From: Actinobacteria bacterium RBG_16_68_21
Lineage (GTDB): Bacteria; Actinomycetota; Acidimicrobiia; Spongiisociales; UBA11373
NCBI GenBank assembly: GCA_001767695.1
Contig: MELR01000023.1
Coordinates: 16,326 to 69,716, forward strand
Length of the DNA: 53,391 nucleotides
Direction: 5' to 3'
Below, one piece after another: positions 16,918-25,677 of the stretch; the first letter of the stretch is position 1, and every line of letters begins with the position of its first letter. A model generated the notes under the pieces. The model saw only the letters and a program-made list of their open reading frames with translations, had not been told where the DNA came from and made no database searches. Both the position numbers and the translations under genes were made by a program.

Positions 16918-18303
16918 CTACCTGACCGGCACCACCCGGAACAGTTGACCGTTGGAATCGACGACCAGCAGTTCACCGGTCGAGTCGGTGCCCAGCGCGG
17001 CGATCTGGATCTGACCGACGCCGGCGATGTCGGCCGACCAGTCCTGCTCCTCGGTGACCTGTCCGTTGTCGTAGCGGAAGGAGCGGATCCACCCGTTGCA
17101 CCAATCGGCGTAGAAGTAGTGGCCGACCAGCTCGGGCATCGCCGCCCCCCGGTAAACCACGCCGCCGGTGACCGCGCATCCGTCGTCGTGGCCGTATTCG
17201 AGTGTCGGCATCGTGAGGCCCGTCTCGTCGCACGCGCCCTCCGGCGTGTAGCAGTTGGTGCCCTCGTAGTCGGGCCATCCAAAGTTGAGTCCCTTGTCGG
17301 CGAGGGGCACGACATCGATCTCTTCGATGTCCTGCTGCCCGACGTCACCGATGTAGAGCAGGTTCTCGGGGGCGTCGATGTAGAACCGCCACGGGTTGCG
17401 GAACCCGTATTCGTAGATCTCGCCGAGGCCACCCCCGGAGGCGAACGGGTTGTCCGCGGGAACCGTGTACGGGTCGCCTCGATCGACATCGATCCGCAAG
17501 ATGCTGCCCTGGAGCACGGTGAGATCCTGGGCATTGCGGTTGCCGAGGCCGCCGTCGCCCAGAGCGATGTAGAGGTACCCGTCGGGACCGAATTGCAGCA
17601 TCCCGGCACGATGGCGAATTCCGGGCTGCTCCACCTCGAGAATCAGCTTCTCGGTGGAAGGGTCGACCGTCACCGCATCGGACCCGTCGGCGTGGAATTC
17701 GACGATGCGAGAGTTCAACCCGGGGTCGTCCGTGTAGTAGACGAACAACCGGCCGTTGGTGGCGTAGCCGGGGTGGAACGCCATCCCCAGCAGACCGTTC
17801 TCGACGCCGCCCGAGCCCACCCTGTCGGTGAGGTCGAGGAATGGTGTGCTCAGCAGCCCCTGACCGGGTATCACGACGCCGATCGCCCCGCCCCGCTCGG
17901 TCACGAAGATCCGGTCGTCACCGGGCAGGCTGAACGCCCCCACCGGGAAGGGGATCCCGGTGGCGAGGGTCTCCAGCTGGATGCCCTGCAGCGGTCCCAG
18001 ATCGGTGGGAATGGTCGCCCCGGTGGTGTCGGTGGCAGCGGTGGATCCGGTGGCGTCGCTGGTGGACGTGGAGTCGCCGACGGCGGTGGTGGCACCGGCA
18101 CTGGTCGTCGTCGAGCCGTCGGCGACTTCGCTGTCGGACCCGGAGAACGGCTGGACCAGCACCAGGAAGCCGATCAGCACTGCGAGCGAGGCGACGATCG
18201 CCAGCGTGAAGGGCAGGTTGGGGCCGGAGAACAGACCCGGGGGAGACGACGGCGCCGGTTGGCGGGGTGCCGGCTGGTTCTCCCAGGGGTCGCGACCACT
18301 CAT
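16918..18303 (-). CDS. PQQ-dependent sugar dehydrogenase (sorbosone/glucose dehydrogenase family), membrane-anchored
   Basis: It has beta-propeller motifs GLLGMAFHP, DGYLYIALGDGG, GSILRIDV, YGFRNPWR and GWPDYEG. There is an N-terminal TM helix followed by a Thr/Ser-rich linker. Confidence 0.8.
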   Translation of the reverse strand: MSGRDPWENQPAPRQPAPSSPPGLFSGPNLPFTLAIVASLAVLIGFLVLVQPFSGSDSEVADGSTTTSAGATTAVGDSTSTSDATGSTAATDTTGATIPTDLGPLQGIQLETLATGIPFPVGAFSLPGDDRIFVTERGGAIGVVIPGQGLLSTPFLDLTDRVGSGGVENGLLGMAFHPGYATNGRLFVYYTDDPGLNSRIVEFHADGSDAVTVDPSTEKLILEVEQPGIRHRAGMLQFGPDGYLYIALGDGGLGNRNAQDLTVLQGSILRIDVDRGDPYTVPADNPFASGGGLGEIYEYGFRNPWRFYIDAPENLLYIGDVGQQDIEEIDVVPLADKGLNFGWPDYEGTNCYTPEGACDETGLTMPTLEYGHDDGCAVTGGVVYRGAAMPELVGHYFYADWCNGWIRSFRYDNGQVTEEQDWSADIAGVGQIQIAALGTDSTGELLVVDSNGQLFRVVPVR

Positions 18304-18399
18304 GGTTCACGCATGATGGCATGCCGGACGGGGGCCGGTGACGGGTTGCCGGGCATGCGGTAGCGTCGTCCCGAATCGGAAAGACCCTCTCCTGAGCGG

Positions 18400-19521
18400 G
18401 TGCAGGCTGATAATCCGCCGATGCAACGCCTGTTCCACGTCACCCCCGGTGCCGCCGAGGCCGTGGAGGTGGACGTCTCCCGACTTGGCGCAGCCCGCAC
18501 CGCCGGCGGATGGATCTGGCTGGATGTCACCGAGTTCATCCCCGGGGAGGTCCACGAGGTCGCCGGGGTCTTCGGCTTCGATCCCCTGGCGGTGCAGGAC
18601 GTTCTCGACTGGAGCGAGTATCCCAAGGTCGACGACCACGCCGACTACACCTTCATCGTCGGGCACGGCATCTCCACCGCTCCGGCCGAGCGCCTGGAGA
18701 CCACCGAGTACGACGTCTTCCTCGGCGTCGACTACGTGGTGACCTTCCACCAGGAAGACCTCCCCGGGTTCAGATGGGGCCGGGAGCACATCGTCGCTTC
18801 CGGGTCGATGACCGAGGGTTCGCCCGACATCCTTTGGGGACGGGTGGCCGAGGCCGAGGCGGGCCGCTTCAAACCGATCGTCGACGGCCTGGACCTCCGG
18901 ATCGGCGACCTCGAAGACCGGGCAATCGTGGCCGACCCCACCGTGCCCGCCGACGTGCTCGGGCTGCGCAGAGACGTGCAGACCCTGCGTCAGATCGTGG
19001 TCGCCGAGCGCGAGGTCTTCCGCGAGGTGGCCAGGGGGGAGTTGGTTGGCATCACCCGACGCGGGGCACGCCGGCTCGGTCATGTGTTCGACGACTTCTC
19101 CCGGCTCGCCGAGATCCTCGATGGTGCCCGCCTCCTGCTCGGCAATGTGCTCGACACGTACCGGGGAACTGTCGCCGAACGGGCCAACGAGGTGATGAAG
19201 GTCCTCACGGTCTTCGCTGCCATCGTGCTCCCGCTCTCGCTGCTCGCCGGCATCTACGGGATGAACTTCTCGCACATGCCCGAACTGGCGTGGCGCTGGG
19301 GTTACGCCGGGTTGATCGGCGTGATGGTGGTCGTCGGGGTCGGGTTGTGGTCGTACTTCTCGCGGCGCGGATTCATCGGCGGGCCCCGGCTCAGTCGGGT
19401 GCCGGGCGCGGTCGGGAAGGGCCTGGTCGACCTGGTCAAGCTGACCACCAAACCGGCCACGATGCTGCTGCACCTGGCGACGCGGCCGCCCGACGGTCGA
19501 AACGAGGGCGAATCGGGATGA
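18400..19521 (+). CDS. corA: magnesium/cobalt transporter CorA
   Basis: It has the YGMNF (GMN) motif before the last TM helix and CorA-like length. The start could be GTG 18400 or ATG 18421. Confidence 0.85.
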   Translation: MQADNPPMQRLFHVTPGAAEAVEVDVSRLGAARTAGGWIWLDVTEFIPGEVHEVAGVFGFDPLAVQDVLDWSEYPKVDDHADYTFIVGHGISTAPAERLETTEYDVFLGVDYVVTFHQEDLPGFRWGREHIVASGSMTEGSPDILWGRVAEAEAGRFKPIVDGLDLRIGDLEDRAIVADPTVPADVLGLRRDVQTLRQIVVAEREVFREVARGELVGITRRGARRLGHVFDDFSRLAEILDGARLLLGNVLDTYRGTVAERANEVMKVLTVFAAIVLPLSLLAGIYGMNFSHMPELAWRWGYAGLIGVMVVVGVGLWSYFSRRGFIGGPRLSRVPGAVGKGLVDLVKLTTKPATMLLHLATRPPDGRNEGESG

Positions 19522-20792
19522 GCGGGTACCGGTCGCGGCTATTCCTGCTGGTCGCCATCGCCGCAGCTGCTGTCGGACTCGGAGTGAAGTGGTCGGTTCC
19601 CGCCGTCGCCGCCGATCCGACCGACTGCACCCCCGGTGAGTTCTACGACGCCGGGGCCTGCACTCCGTGCCCCGAGGGAACCTTCCAACCGGATGCCGGT
19701 CGGGATGAGTGCCTCCCCGCCGACCCGGGCCACTTCGTGGCCGGCGAAGGGGCCGCCGAGCAGATGGCGTGCCCCCCTGGTGCCTATCAACCCGAAGCCG
19801 GTGGCGTGGCGTGTCTCCCCGCCGAATCGGGACACTTCGTCGCTACGCAGGCGGCCTTCGAGCAGGAGGCGTGCGCTCCCGGCAGTTACCAGCCGGATCC
19901 GGGCCAGTCGGGTTGCCTCGATGCCGATCCCGGTCACTACGTGGACGGCATCGCCGAGATCGCCCAGCACCCCTGCACTGCGGGCAACTTCTCATCGACC
20001 GCCGCCGCAACCTATTGCCGGTTTGCCGCGGCGGGTCACTTCGTCGCGGTGGCGAGGGCAACCTCCCAGACTGCGTGCCCTCCGGGCACCTTCCAGCCCG
20101 ATAGGGGAGGGGCGGCCTGTCTTCGCGCCGATCCGGGGCACTTCGCCGCCGGGGAGGGATCGGTGGCGCAGGCGGCGTGCTCTCCGGGGTGGTACCAGCC
20201 GGCATCGGGAGCGGACGGGTGTGTGCCCGCCGATTCAGGTCACTTCGCTCCCGATGAGGCGGCGCGCCTGCAGACCCCCTGTGGACCCGGTCGCTTTCAG
20301 CCGGACAGCGCGGCCCCAGGGTGCCTGGTCGCCACCGCGGGGCATTACGTCGGCGCGCCCGGCGCCATTGCGCAGGCCGAATGCCCGGTGGGGACCTTCC
20401 AGTCCCTGGCCGGAGCCACCGGATGCGTGACGGCCTCTCCCGGGCACTTCACGGTCGGTCCCGGTGCCACCGGGGAGATCGCCTGCAGTCCCGGGTCGTA
20501 CCAGCCTGCAGCGGGGGCCACCGGGTGTGCCCCCGCCGACCCGGGCTACTTCGTAGCCGCCGGCGCCGCGGTGTCACAACAGCCGTGTCCCGAAGGGTTC
20601 GAGGCACCGGACCCCGGGTCGGATGCCTGCACGCCGATCGTCGCCGGTGCCGACGGTTCTCCGGAACGCCCCGGCCCGGCGACGGCCTTGGTCTGGCTGC
20701 TCGGCATCGCCGCGGTTGTCGCGGTGATCGCCGTCGGTGTCACCCGGCAGCGCCCGCAGCGGTCCTGGAACGAGGGCCCGTGGCGGCGCTGA
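19518..20792 (+). CDS. secreted, C-terminally anchored protein with ~10 tandem 34-aa two-cysteine repeats
   Basis: It has a signal peptide (LFLLVAIAAAAVGLG...AVAADP) and repeats of the form C.PG.YQP..G...C..A..GHFV.......Q.. followed by a C-terminal TM helix. The ATG overlaps the corA stop (ATGA). Confidence 0.7.
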   Translation: MSGYRSRLFLLVAIAAAAVGLGVKWSVPAVAADPTDCTPGEFYDAGACTPCPEGTFQPDAGRDECLPADPGHFVAGEGAAEQMACPPGAYQPEAGGVACLPAESGHFVATQAAFEQEACAPGSYQPDPGQSGCLDADPGHYVDGIAEIAQHPCTAGNFSSTAAATYCRFAAAGHFVAVARATSQTACPPGTFQPDRGGAACLRADPGHFAAGEGSVAQAACSPGWYQPASGADGCVPADSGHFAPDEAARLQTPCGPGRFQPDSAAPGCLVATAGHYVGAPGAIAQAECPVGTFQSLAGATGCVTASPGHFTVGPGATGEIACSPGSYQPAAGATGCAPADPGYFVAAGAAVSQQPCPEGFEAPDPGSDACTPIVAGADGSPERPGPATALVWLLGIAAVVAVIAVGVTRQRPQRSWNEGPWRR

Positions 20793-21949
20793 ACCGGGAT
20801 CGGTGGGACCTCGATCCCGCCACCACGTTCCTCAACCACGGGTCCTTCGGAGCCACCCCCCGCCAGGTGTTGGAGTACCAGACGCAACTGAGGTCGCTGA
20901 TGGAAGCGAATCCGGTGCGGTTTGTCGCCGTCGAATACCGCCCTTTGCTCGCCGCGGCGATTGTCCGGGCCGCCGGGTTCGTCGGCGCCGACCCGGATGG
21001 ATTCGCCTTCGTTGCCAACGCCACCACCGGAGTCAACACGGCGCTGCGCAGCGCGGATCTCGATCCCGGTGACGAGATCCTGGTCACCGATCACGAGTAC
21101 GAAGCGTGCATTCTCGCCGCCGAGTTCGTCGCCCGTCGTCGCGGGGCCTCGGTGGCGATCGTTCCCATCCCGTCGACCGTCGTTGATCCAGGGCAGGTGG
21201 TCGAAGCGATTCTCTCCTCGGTCACGCCGTCCACCCGGTTGGCGATTCTCGACCACGTCACCAGCGCCACCGCGTTGGTACTTCCCATCGCCGAAATCGC
21301 CGCCGCCCTCGCCGATCGCGGAGTGGCGACGATCGTCGACGGCGCCCACGCCCCGGGAATGATCGACCTCGACGTGGCCGCGATCGGCGCCGCCGTTTAC
21401 GCCGGGAACTGGCACAAGTGGGTGTGCGCCCCCAAGGGCGCCGGTTTCCTCTGGGTGACGCCGGCCTGGCGTGACCGGGTGCGGCCGCTGGTGATCAGCC
21501 ACGGCGCCGGCCGCGAGGAGGGAGAGCAGTTCCGGGCGATGTTCGACTGGACCGGCACCGCCGATCCCACTCCCCAACTGTCGGTGTCGGCGGCGATCGA
21601 TGCCGTCGGCGGGATGATGGAGGGCGGGTGGCCGGCGGTACGGGAGCGCAATCGGGCGGTGGCCCTAGAGATGCGCCGCCGCCTCATCGATGCCCTCGGT
21701 CTGGTGCCCACCGGTCCCGAGTCGATGGTGGGCTCGATGGCGGCGTTCGTCGCACCGGCACCCTGGTTGTCCGGCTCCCCGGCCGAGGCCGCCACCGGGT
21801 TGATCCTTCGGCTCCTGGAGCAAGGGATCACCGTGGGCGCCTCGGCGCGCCGCGGGTCTCCCGACGTGTTTCTCCGGGTCTCCGCCCACTTGCACACCGA
21901 GGCCGACGATGTCGGGCCCTTGATCGAGGCGCTGCGGGGGTGGGGCTGA
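20780..21949 (+). CDS. aminotransferase class V-fold PLP-dependent enzyme (isopenicillin-N-epimerase/cysteine-desulfurase-like)
   Basis: It has TTFLNHGSFGATP at the N-terminus and NWHKW with a putative PLP lysine. The GTG start is chosen just before the upstream stop and is uncertain. Confidence 0.75.
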   Translation: MAALNRDRWDLDPATTFLNHGSFGATPRQVLEYQTQLRSLMEANPVRFVAVEYRPLLAAAIVRAAGFVGADPDGFAFVANATTGVNTALRSADLDPGDEILVTDHEYEACILAAEFVARRRGASVAIVPIPSTVVDPGQVVEAILSSVTPSTRLAILDHVTSATALVLPIAEIAAALADRGVATIVDGAHAPGMIDLDVAAIGAAVYAGNWHKWVCAPKGAGFLWVTPAWRDRVRPLVISHGAGREEGEQFRAMFDWTGTADPTPQLSVSAAIDAVGGMMEGGWPAVRERNRAVALEMRRRLIDALGLVPTGPESMVGSMAAFVAPAPWLSGSPAEAATGLILRLLEQGITVGASARRGSPDVFLRVSAHLHTEADDVGPLIEALRGWG

Positions 21950-22046
21950 CCCGGCCCGTCTCTGTCATGCTCTGCATGACCGGCGGGCCTTGGATTTCGC
22001 CACCCGCGCCGGGCGCGGCGGCGGGTCGGAGGGCGGGGGGTGATGC

Positions 22047-23030
22047 CTAGAACACCTTGAAGAGGAGGGCGAACAGGAAGCCGAGCATCAGGCAGGCGGG
22101 GAAGGTGAGCACCCACGTGAGAACGATCTGGCGGCTGACGCTCCAGTTGACGGCCGAAGATCCTCGAGTCGCCCCGACGCCCATGATGGCGGTGCCGATC
22201 GTGTGCGTAGTGCTCAACGGGATGCCGAAATGCGATGACACGAGGATTGCCATGCTGGCGGCCGTCTCGGCGGCGAAGCCGTGCTCCGGCTCGAGCCGGG
22301 TGATCCGGTGCCCCATCGTCCTGATGATGCGCCAGCCGCCGAGAGCCGTCCCCAGTGCCATCACCGTGCCGCACAGCAGCATCACCCACAGCGGCACCTG
22401 GAACGTCGACACCGCGCCGCCGAGCAGCAGGGCGAGGGTGAACACCCCCATGAACTTCTGCCCATCGTTGCTGCCGTGGCTGAATGCCATGAAGGCGGCG
22501 GACACGACCTGGAGGCGGCCGAACGCCGCCCGCGACCTCGACCGCCGAACGGAGCGGAACCCCCAATAGATGCCGACCATGAGGAGGAAGGCGAGGCCGA
22601 AACCGACGAACGTCGACACCCCCAACCCGATCAGGACCCTGCGCCAGCCGTCCCACAGCAGCACCGAGGTACCCGCGGTGGCCAGTCCCGCCCCGGCCAG
22701 CCCGGCGAGGAGTTCGTGGGTTTCGCTCGTCGGGATTCCGAATAGCCATGCCGCCATGGTCCACACGATCACGGTCAGCATGGCCGCCGCCACCGTCTCC
22801 AGGGAGATGACCTCGGGACGAACGATGCCGGTCCCGACCGTCGTGGCCACGGCGGCACCTGTGATCAGGACGCCTGCCATGTTGAGCACGGCCGCCATCA
22901 CCACCGCCTTGGCAGGGGTCAGCACCCTGGTTCCGACGACGGTGGCGATCGCGTTGGCGGCGTCGGTCAATCCGTTGGTGAACTCGGCGGCCAGTACCAG
23001 CACCAGCACGATCGCCAGGCCCACCGTCAT
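22047..23030 (-). CDS. inorganic phosphate transporter (PiT family)
   Basis: It has FTNGLTDAANAIATVV and SHGSNDGQK motifs and is polytopic. Confidence 0.85.
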   Translation of the reverse strand: MTVGLAIVLVLVLAAEFTNGLTDAANAIATVVGTRVLTPAKAVVMAAVLNMAGVLITGAAVATTVGTGIVRPEVISLETVAAAMLTVIVWTMAAWLFGIPTSETHELLAGLAGAGLATAGTSVLLWDGWRRVLIGLGVSTFVGFGLAFLLMVGIYWGFRSVRRSRSRAAFGRLQVVSAAFMAFSHGSNDGQKFMGVFTLALLLGGAVSTFQVPLWVMLLCGTVMALGTALGGWRIIRTMGHRITRLEPEHGFAAETAASMAILVSSHFGIPLSTTHTIGTAIMGVGATRGSSAVNWSVSRQIVLTWVLTFPACLMLGFLFALLFKVF

Positions 23031-23112
23031 CGTCTCGGCCGCGCCTCTTCATCCGTGACCGCCGACACCGCCGCCACGAACGGACGCAGATGCCCCTCAG
23101 GGGAGGCGCCGA

Positions 23113-23727
23113 TCACGTGTGCTTCACGACCACGCCCTCGAGGAGCTCCGCCAGGTGTTTGCAGCGGTCTATCGAGTCCTCGAGGTGCTCGTAGATGGCA
23201 ACCCACTTGACCACCTCGATGGCGTTGGGCTCCTCGGTGAAGAGGCGATGGAGTGCCTTGGCGTAGAGCACATCGGCTCGCTTTTCCAGGCTGCGCACGC
23301 GGCGGCTGTGTTCGGTCACCACCTTGCGCGCCTTCAGTTCGCCGAAGGCGGCCTCCACCTCGGCCAACGACTCGACGAGAAGGCCGGCGATCTCGGGCAC
23401 ATCGGGCCGCAGCCGCACCGCGTTCGAAATCTCAAGCCGGCGGGCCAGACCGTTGACCTCGTCGATGATGTCGTCACACCGTGTGGTCAACGCGTAGATG
23501 TCGTCGCGGTCGAGCGGAGTGATGAAGCTCACGTTTAGCTTGGCGATGAGGTCGGCCACCAAGAGGTCACAGTGCTCCTCGATTCCCTTGATCCGCTCGG
23601 CGTAGTCGGCACGGCGCTCGTAGTCGGCGAGGAGTTGAGAGAAGACGACGGCGCCGGCATGCACCTGACCCACCAGGTCGGCGAGGAGCTCGAAGTACTT
23701 CTCCTCGCGGGGGATCAGCCTGACCAC
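23113..23727 (-). CDS. DUF47 family protein (PhoU-like Pit accessory protein)
   Basis: It has an MVRLIPREEKYFELL N-terminus, is helical and 204 aa long. It lies directly upstream of the PiT gene, which is the classic pairing. Confidence 0.8.
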   Translation of the reverse strand: MVRLIPREEKYFELLADLVGQVHAGAVVFSQLLADYERRADYAERIKGIEEHCDLLVADLIAKLNVSFITPLDRDDIYALTTRCDDIIDEVNGLARRLEISNAVRLRPDVPEIAGLLVESLAEVEAAFGELKARKVVTEHSRRVRSLEKRADVLYAKALHRLFTEEPNAIEVVKWVAIYEHLEDSIDRCKHLAELLEGVVVKHT

Positions 23728-23802
23728 TTCACACTGCCCAGCCTGCGCATCGATTCTGCAGCCTACCCGGCCGTACGGGTGCCTCCGCAGGAGACAGCGA
23801 GC

Positions 23803-23858
23803 TTCCAGGTTCCAGCAAGAACTGGCGACTGGCGACTGGCAACCGGCAACCGACTCTC
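23803..23858. repeat. heptamer array TTCCAGG/TTCCAGC/AAGAACT then GGCGACT x2, GGCAACC x2
   Basis: Read directly from the sequence. It starts 76 bp upstream of the DUF47 start. Confidence 0.9.
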
Positions 23859-24066
23859 ACCCCACCCGTCTCGAGGGCTGGCCGCGGCGGAGGAGCAGCG
23901 CGAGGAGCAACCCGGCGACGACGACGCCGGAAGAGATGAGGAAGGTCTCACCGAGAACCGTCGCCGACAGGCTCCGTTGGGCGGCATCGGCGGTGTCCTG
24001 AGGGTGCTTTGGGACCCGGCGGAGGGCAAGGCTTCGGGATGCGGCGATCAGCAGCATGGGAGACAT
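23857..24066 (-). CDS. possible small membrane protein
   Basis: Only the 3' ~70 codons of ORF 23857..24543 lie outside the IS element. They encode a hydrophobic helix (SSGVVVAGLLLALLL) followed by RRG. Support is weak. Confidence 0.25.
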   Translation of the reverse strand: MSPMLLIAASRSLALRRVPKHPQDTADAAQRSLSATVLGETFLISSGVVVAGLLLALLLRRGQPSRRVG

Positions 24067-24131
24067 GCCCCTGACCAGGGGGTTCACACAGCGCCCTCGG
24101 GAGTGTCGGGTTTCGGGACATAGTTCACGCC

Positions 24132-25375
24132 TGTCGCGCGACATAGTGCACACCTGAGCTGGGAGGTGGCACGTGTCGTTGGGGCGGCTGGTGGTGACGG
24201 CGGTGGTGGTGGAGGGTCGGTCGAAGAGTGAGGTGGCTCGGGAGTACGGGGTGTCGCGGCGGTGGGTGCATGAGCTGGTCCGGCGGTTCGAGGCTGAGGG
24301 AGAGGTGGGTTTGGCGCCCCGGTCCCGTCGCCCCAGGCGCAGCCCCCAGCAGACTTCGGTGGGTCTCGAGGCTGAGATCATCGAGTTGCGCAAGCTGCTT
24401 GCCGAGGAGGGTCTGGATGCGGGGGCCCACACCATCGCCTTCCACCTCCAGCGCCGCCACGGGACGACTCCGTCGCCCTCGACGATCTGGCGGATCCTCG
24501 TTCGGTGGGGCTTTGTCACCCCCCAGCCGCAGAAACGGCCCAAGAGCTCCTATATGCGTTTCGAGGCCGACCAGCCCAACGAACGGTGGCAGGCCGACAT
24601 CACGCACTGGGGTCTGGGAGACGGCACCGAGGTCGAGATCCTCAACGTCGTCGACGACCACTCCCGGCTGCTGATCGCCTCCGACGCCTATACGACCACC
24701 AAGGCCGCCGACGTGGTCACCAGCTTCCACCGTGGCTTTGCCGCCTGGGGGCTGCCGGCAACGGTGCTCACCGACAACGGGGCGGTGTTCACCGCCGCGG
24801 CTCGGGGCGGGGGCCGATGCGCCATCGAGATCGAGCTGGATCGCCTGGGGATCCGGATGCGTCACTCCGCCCCCTACCACCCCCAGACCTGCGGCAAGGT
24901 GGAACGGTTCCACCAGACCCTCAAGAAGTGGCTACGCCGTCAGGAACCTTCCACGAGCCTGCGGGAGCTGCAGGACAAGCTGGACACCTTCGCCGACTAC
25001 TACAACACCGTCCGCCCCCACCGGGCCGTGGGCCGACGCACTCCTCAGGAGGCCTTCGACGCCAGGCCCCGGGCCACCCCAGGAGATGTGGGCTTGGCGG
25101 CGACCAGCCACTATCGGGTGCGCCGAGATCGGGTCGACAAGGTGGGCCGAGTCACCCTCCGCTACAACAGCCAGCTCCACCACATCGGGCTGGGGCGACG
25201 TCACCGGGGCACCCGGGTCCTGCTCCTGGTAGCCGACCTCGAAGTGCGAGTCCTCACCGAGGATGGCGAACTGCTCAGGGACCTCACCCTCGATCCGTCC
25301 CGCGACTACCAGCCACAGGACACACCCTGATGTGGAAGGATGTCGCGAAACATCCGTGCACGATGTCTCGCGACA
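24132..25375 (+). mobile_element. IS481-family insertion sequence
   Basis: It has 20-bp imperfect inverted repeats: TGTCGCGCGACATAGTGCAC at 24132-24151, and the reverse complement of 25356-25375, TGTCGCGAGACATCGTGCAC (18/20). These flank a single transposase gene. Confidence 0.8.
24173..25330 (+). CDS. IS481 family transposase (HTH plus rve integrase core)
   Basis: It has an N-terminal HTH (SEVAREYGVSRRWVHELVRRF), and ERWQADITHW and TDNGAVFT blocks of a DDE integrase core. GGGAGG lies upstream of the GTG start. Confidence 0.9.
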   Translation: MSLGRLVVTAVVVEGRSKSEVAREYGVSRRWVHELVRRFEAEGEVGLAPRSRRPRRSPQQTSVGLEAEIIELRKLLAEEGLDAGAHTIAFHLQRRHGTTPSPSTIWRILVRWGFVTPQPQKRPKSSYMRFEADQPNERWQADITHWGLGDGTEVEILNVVDDHSRLLIASDAYTTTKAADVVTSFHRGFAAWGLPATVLTDNGAVFTAAARGGGRCAIEIELDRLGIRMRHSAPYHPQTCGKVERFHQTLKKWLRRQEPSTSLRELQDKLDTFADYYNTVRPHRAVGRRTPQEAFDARPRATPGDVGLAATSHYRVRRDRVDKVGRVTLRYNSQLHHIGLGRRHRGTRVLLLVADLEVRVLTEDGELLRDLTLDPSRDYQPQDTP

Positions 25376-25383
25376 TCACACGG

Positions 25384-25456
25384 CGCCCTCGGGAGGACTC
25401 GAACCTCCGACACACGGTTTAGGAAACCGTTGCTCTATCCCCTGAGCTACGAGGGC
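25384..25456 (-). tRNA. tRNA-Arg (anticodon CCT), CCA not encoded
   Basis: The reverse complement reads GCCCTCGTAGCTCAGGGGATAGAGCAACGGTTTCCTAAACCGTGTGTCGGAGGTTCGAGTCCTCCCGAGGGCG. The anticodon loop is TTCCTAA. Confidence 0.9.
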
Positions 25457-25547
25457 GGGGTGGGCGCGTTTCCTGGCGCGAAACGTTCCAAACCGTCAAT
25501 CGGGGAGGGTAATGGCGTGGGTGAATGTGGTTGAGTCGGCTCGGGGG
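25450..25547 (-). repeat. conserved ~97-bp noncoding element, copy 1 (abuts and includes the first 7 nt of tRNA-Arg)
   Basis: By eye it aligns with 27347-27443 at roughly 70-75% identity with one indel. Both copies end in CGAGGGC (GCCCTCG on the minus strand). Confidence 0.7.
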
Positions 25548-25677
25548 CTCGGGAAGTTCTATCTTGGTTGGATAGGTCTTCCTGGCCCGAGATGCACTCC
25601 GGTGCCAAGACAGTGTGCATCCGGGCGACGACGCTTGGGTCGTCAGGATCGAGCAATACATCCCGTGAGACCGGGCC

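Noticed and set aside
18304-18399. An M-box (Mg) riboswitch upstream of corA.
   Set aside because: The whole spacer is under 100 nt, much shorter than an M-box. I see none of its conserved helices.
24067-24543. The upstream two-thirds of ORF 23857-24543 (-).
   Set aside because: It runs antisense through the IS481 left end and transposase gene. Only the part outside the IS could be genuine, and even that is weakly supported.
25447-25656. Twin 69-aa minus-strand ORFs (25447-25656 and 27331-27540) with similar C-termini.
   Set aside because: The similarity is confined to the shared ~97-bp nucleotide element and shows no codon-position pattern. All three frames are open there, and the first ORF would overlap the 5' end of tRNA-Arg.
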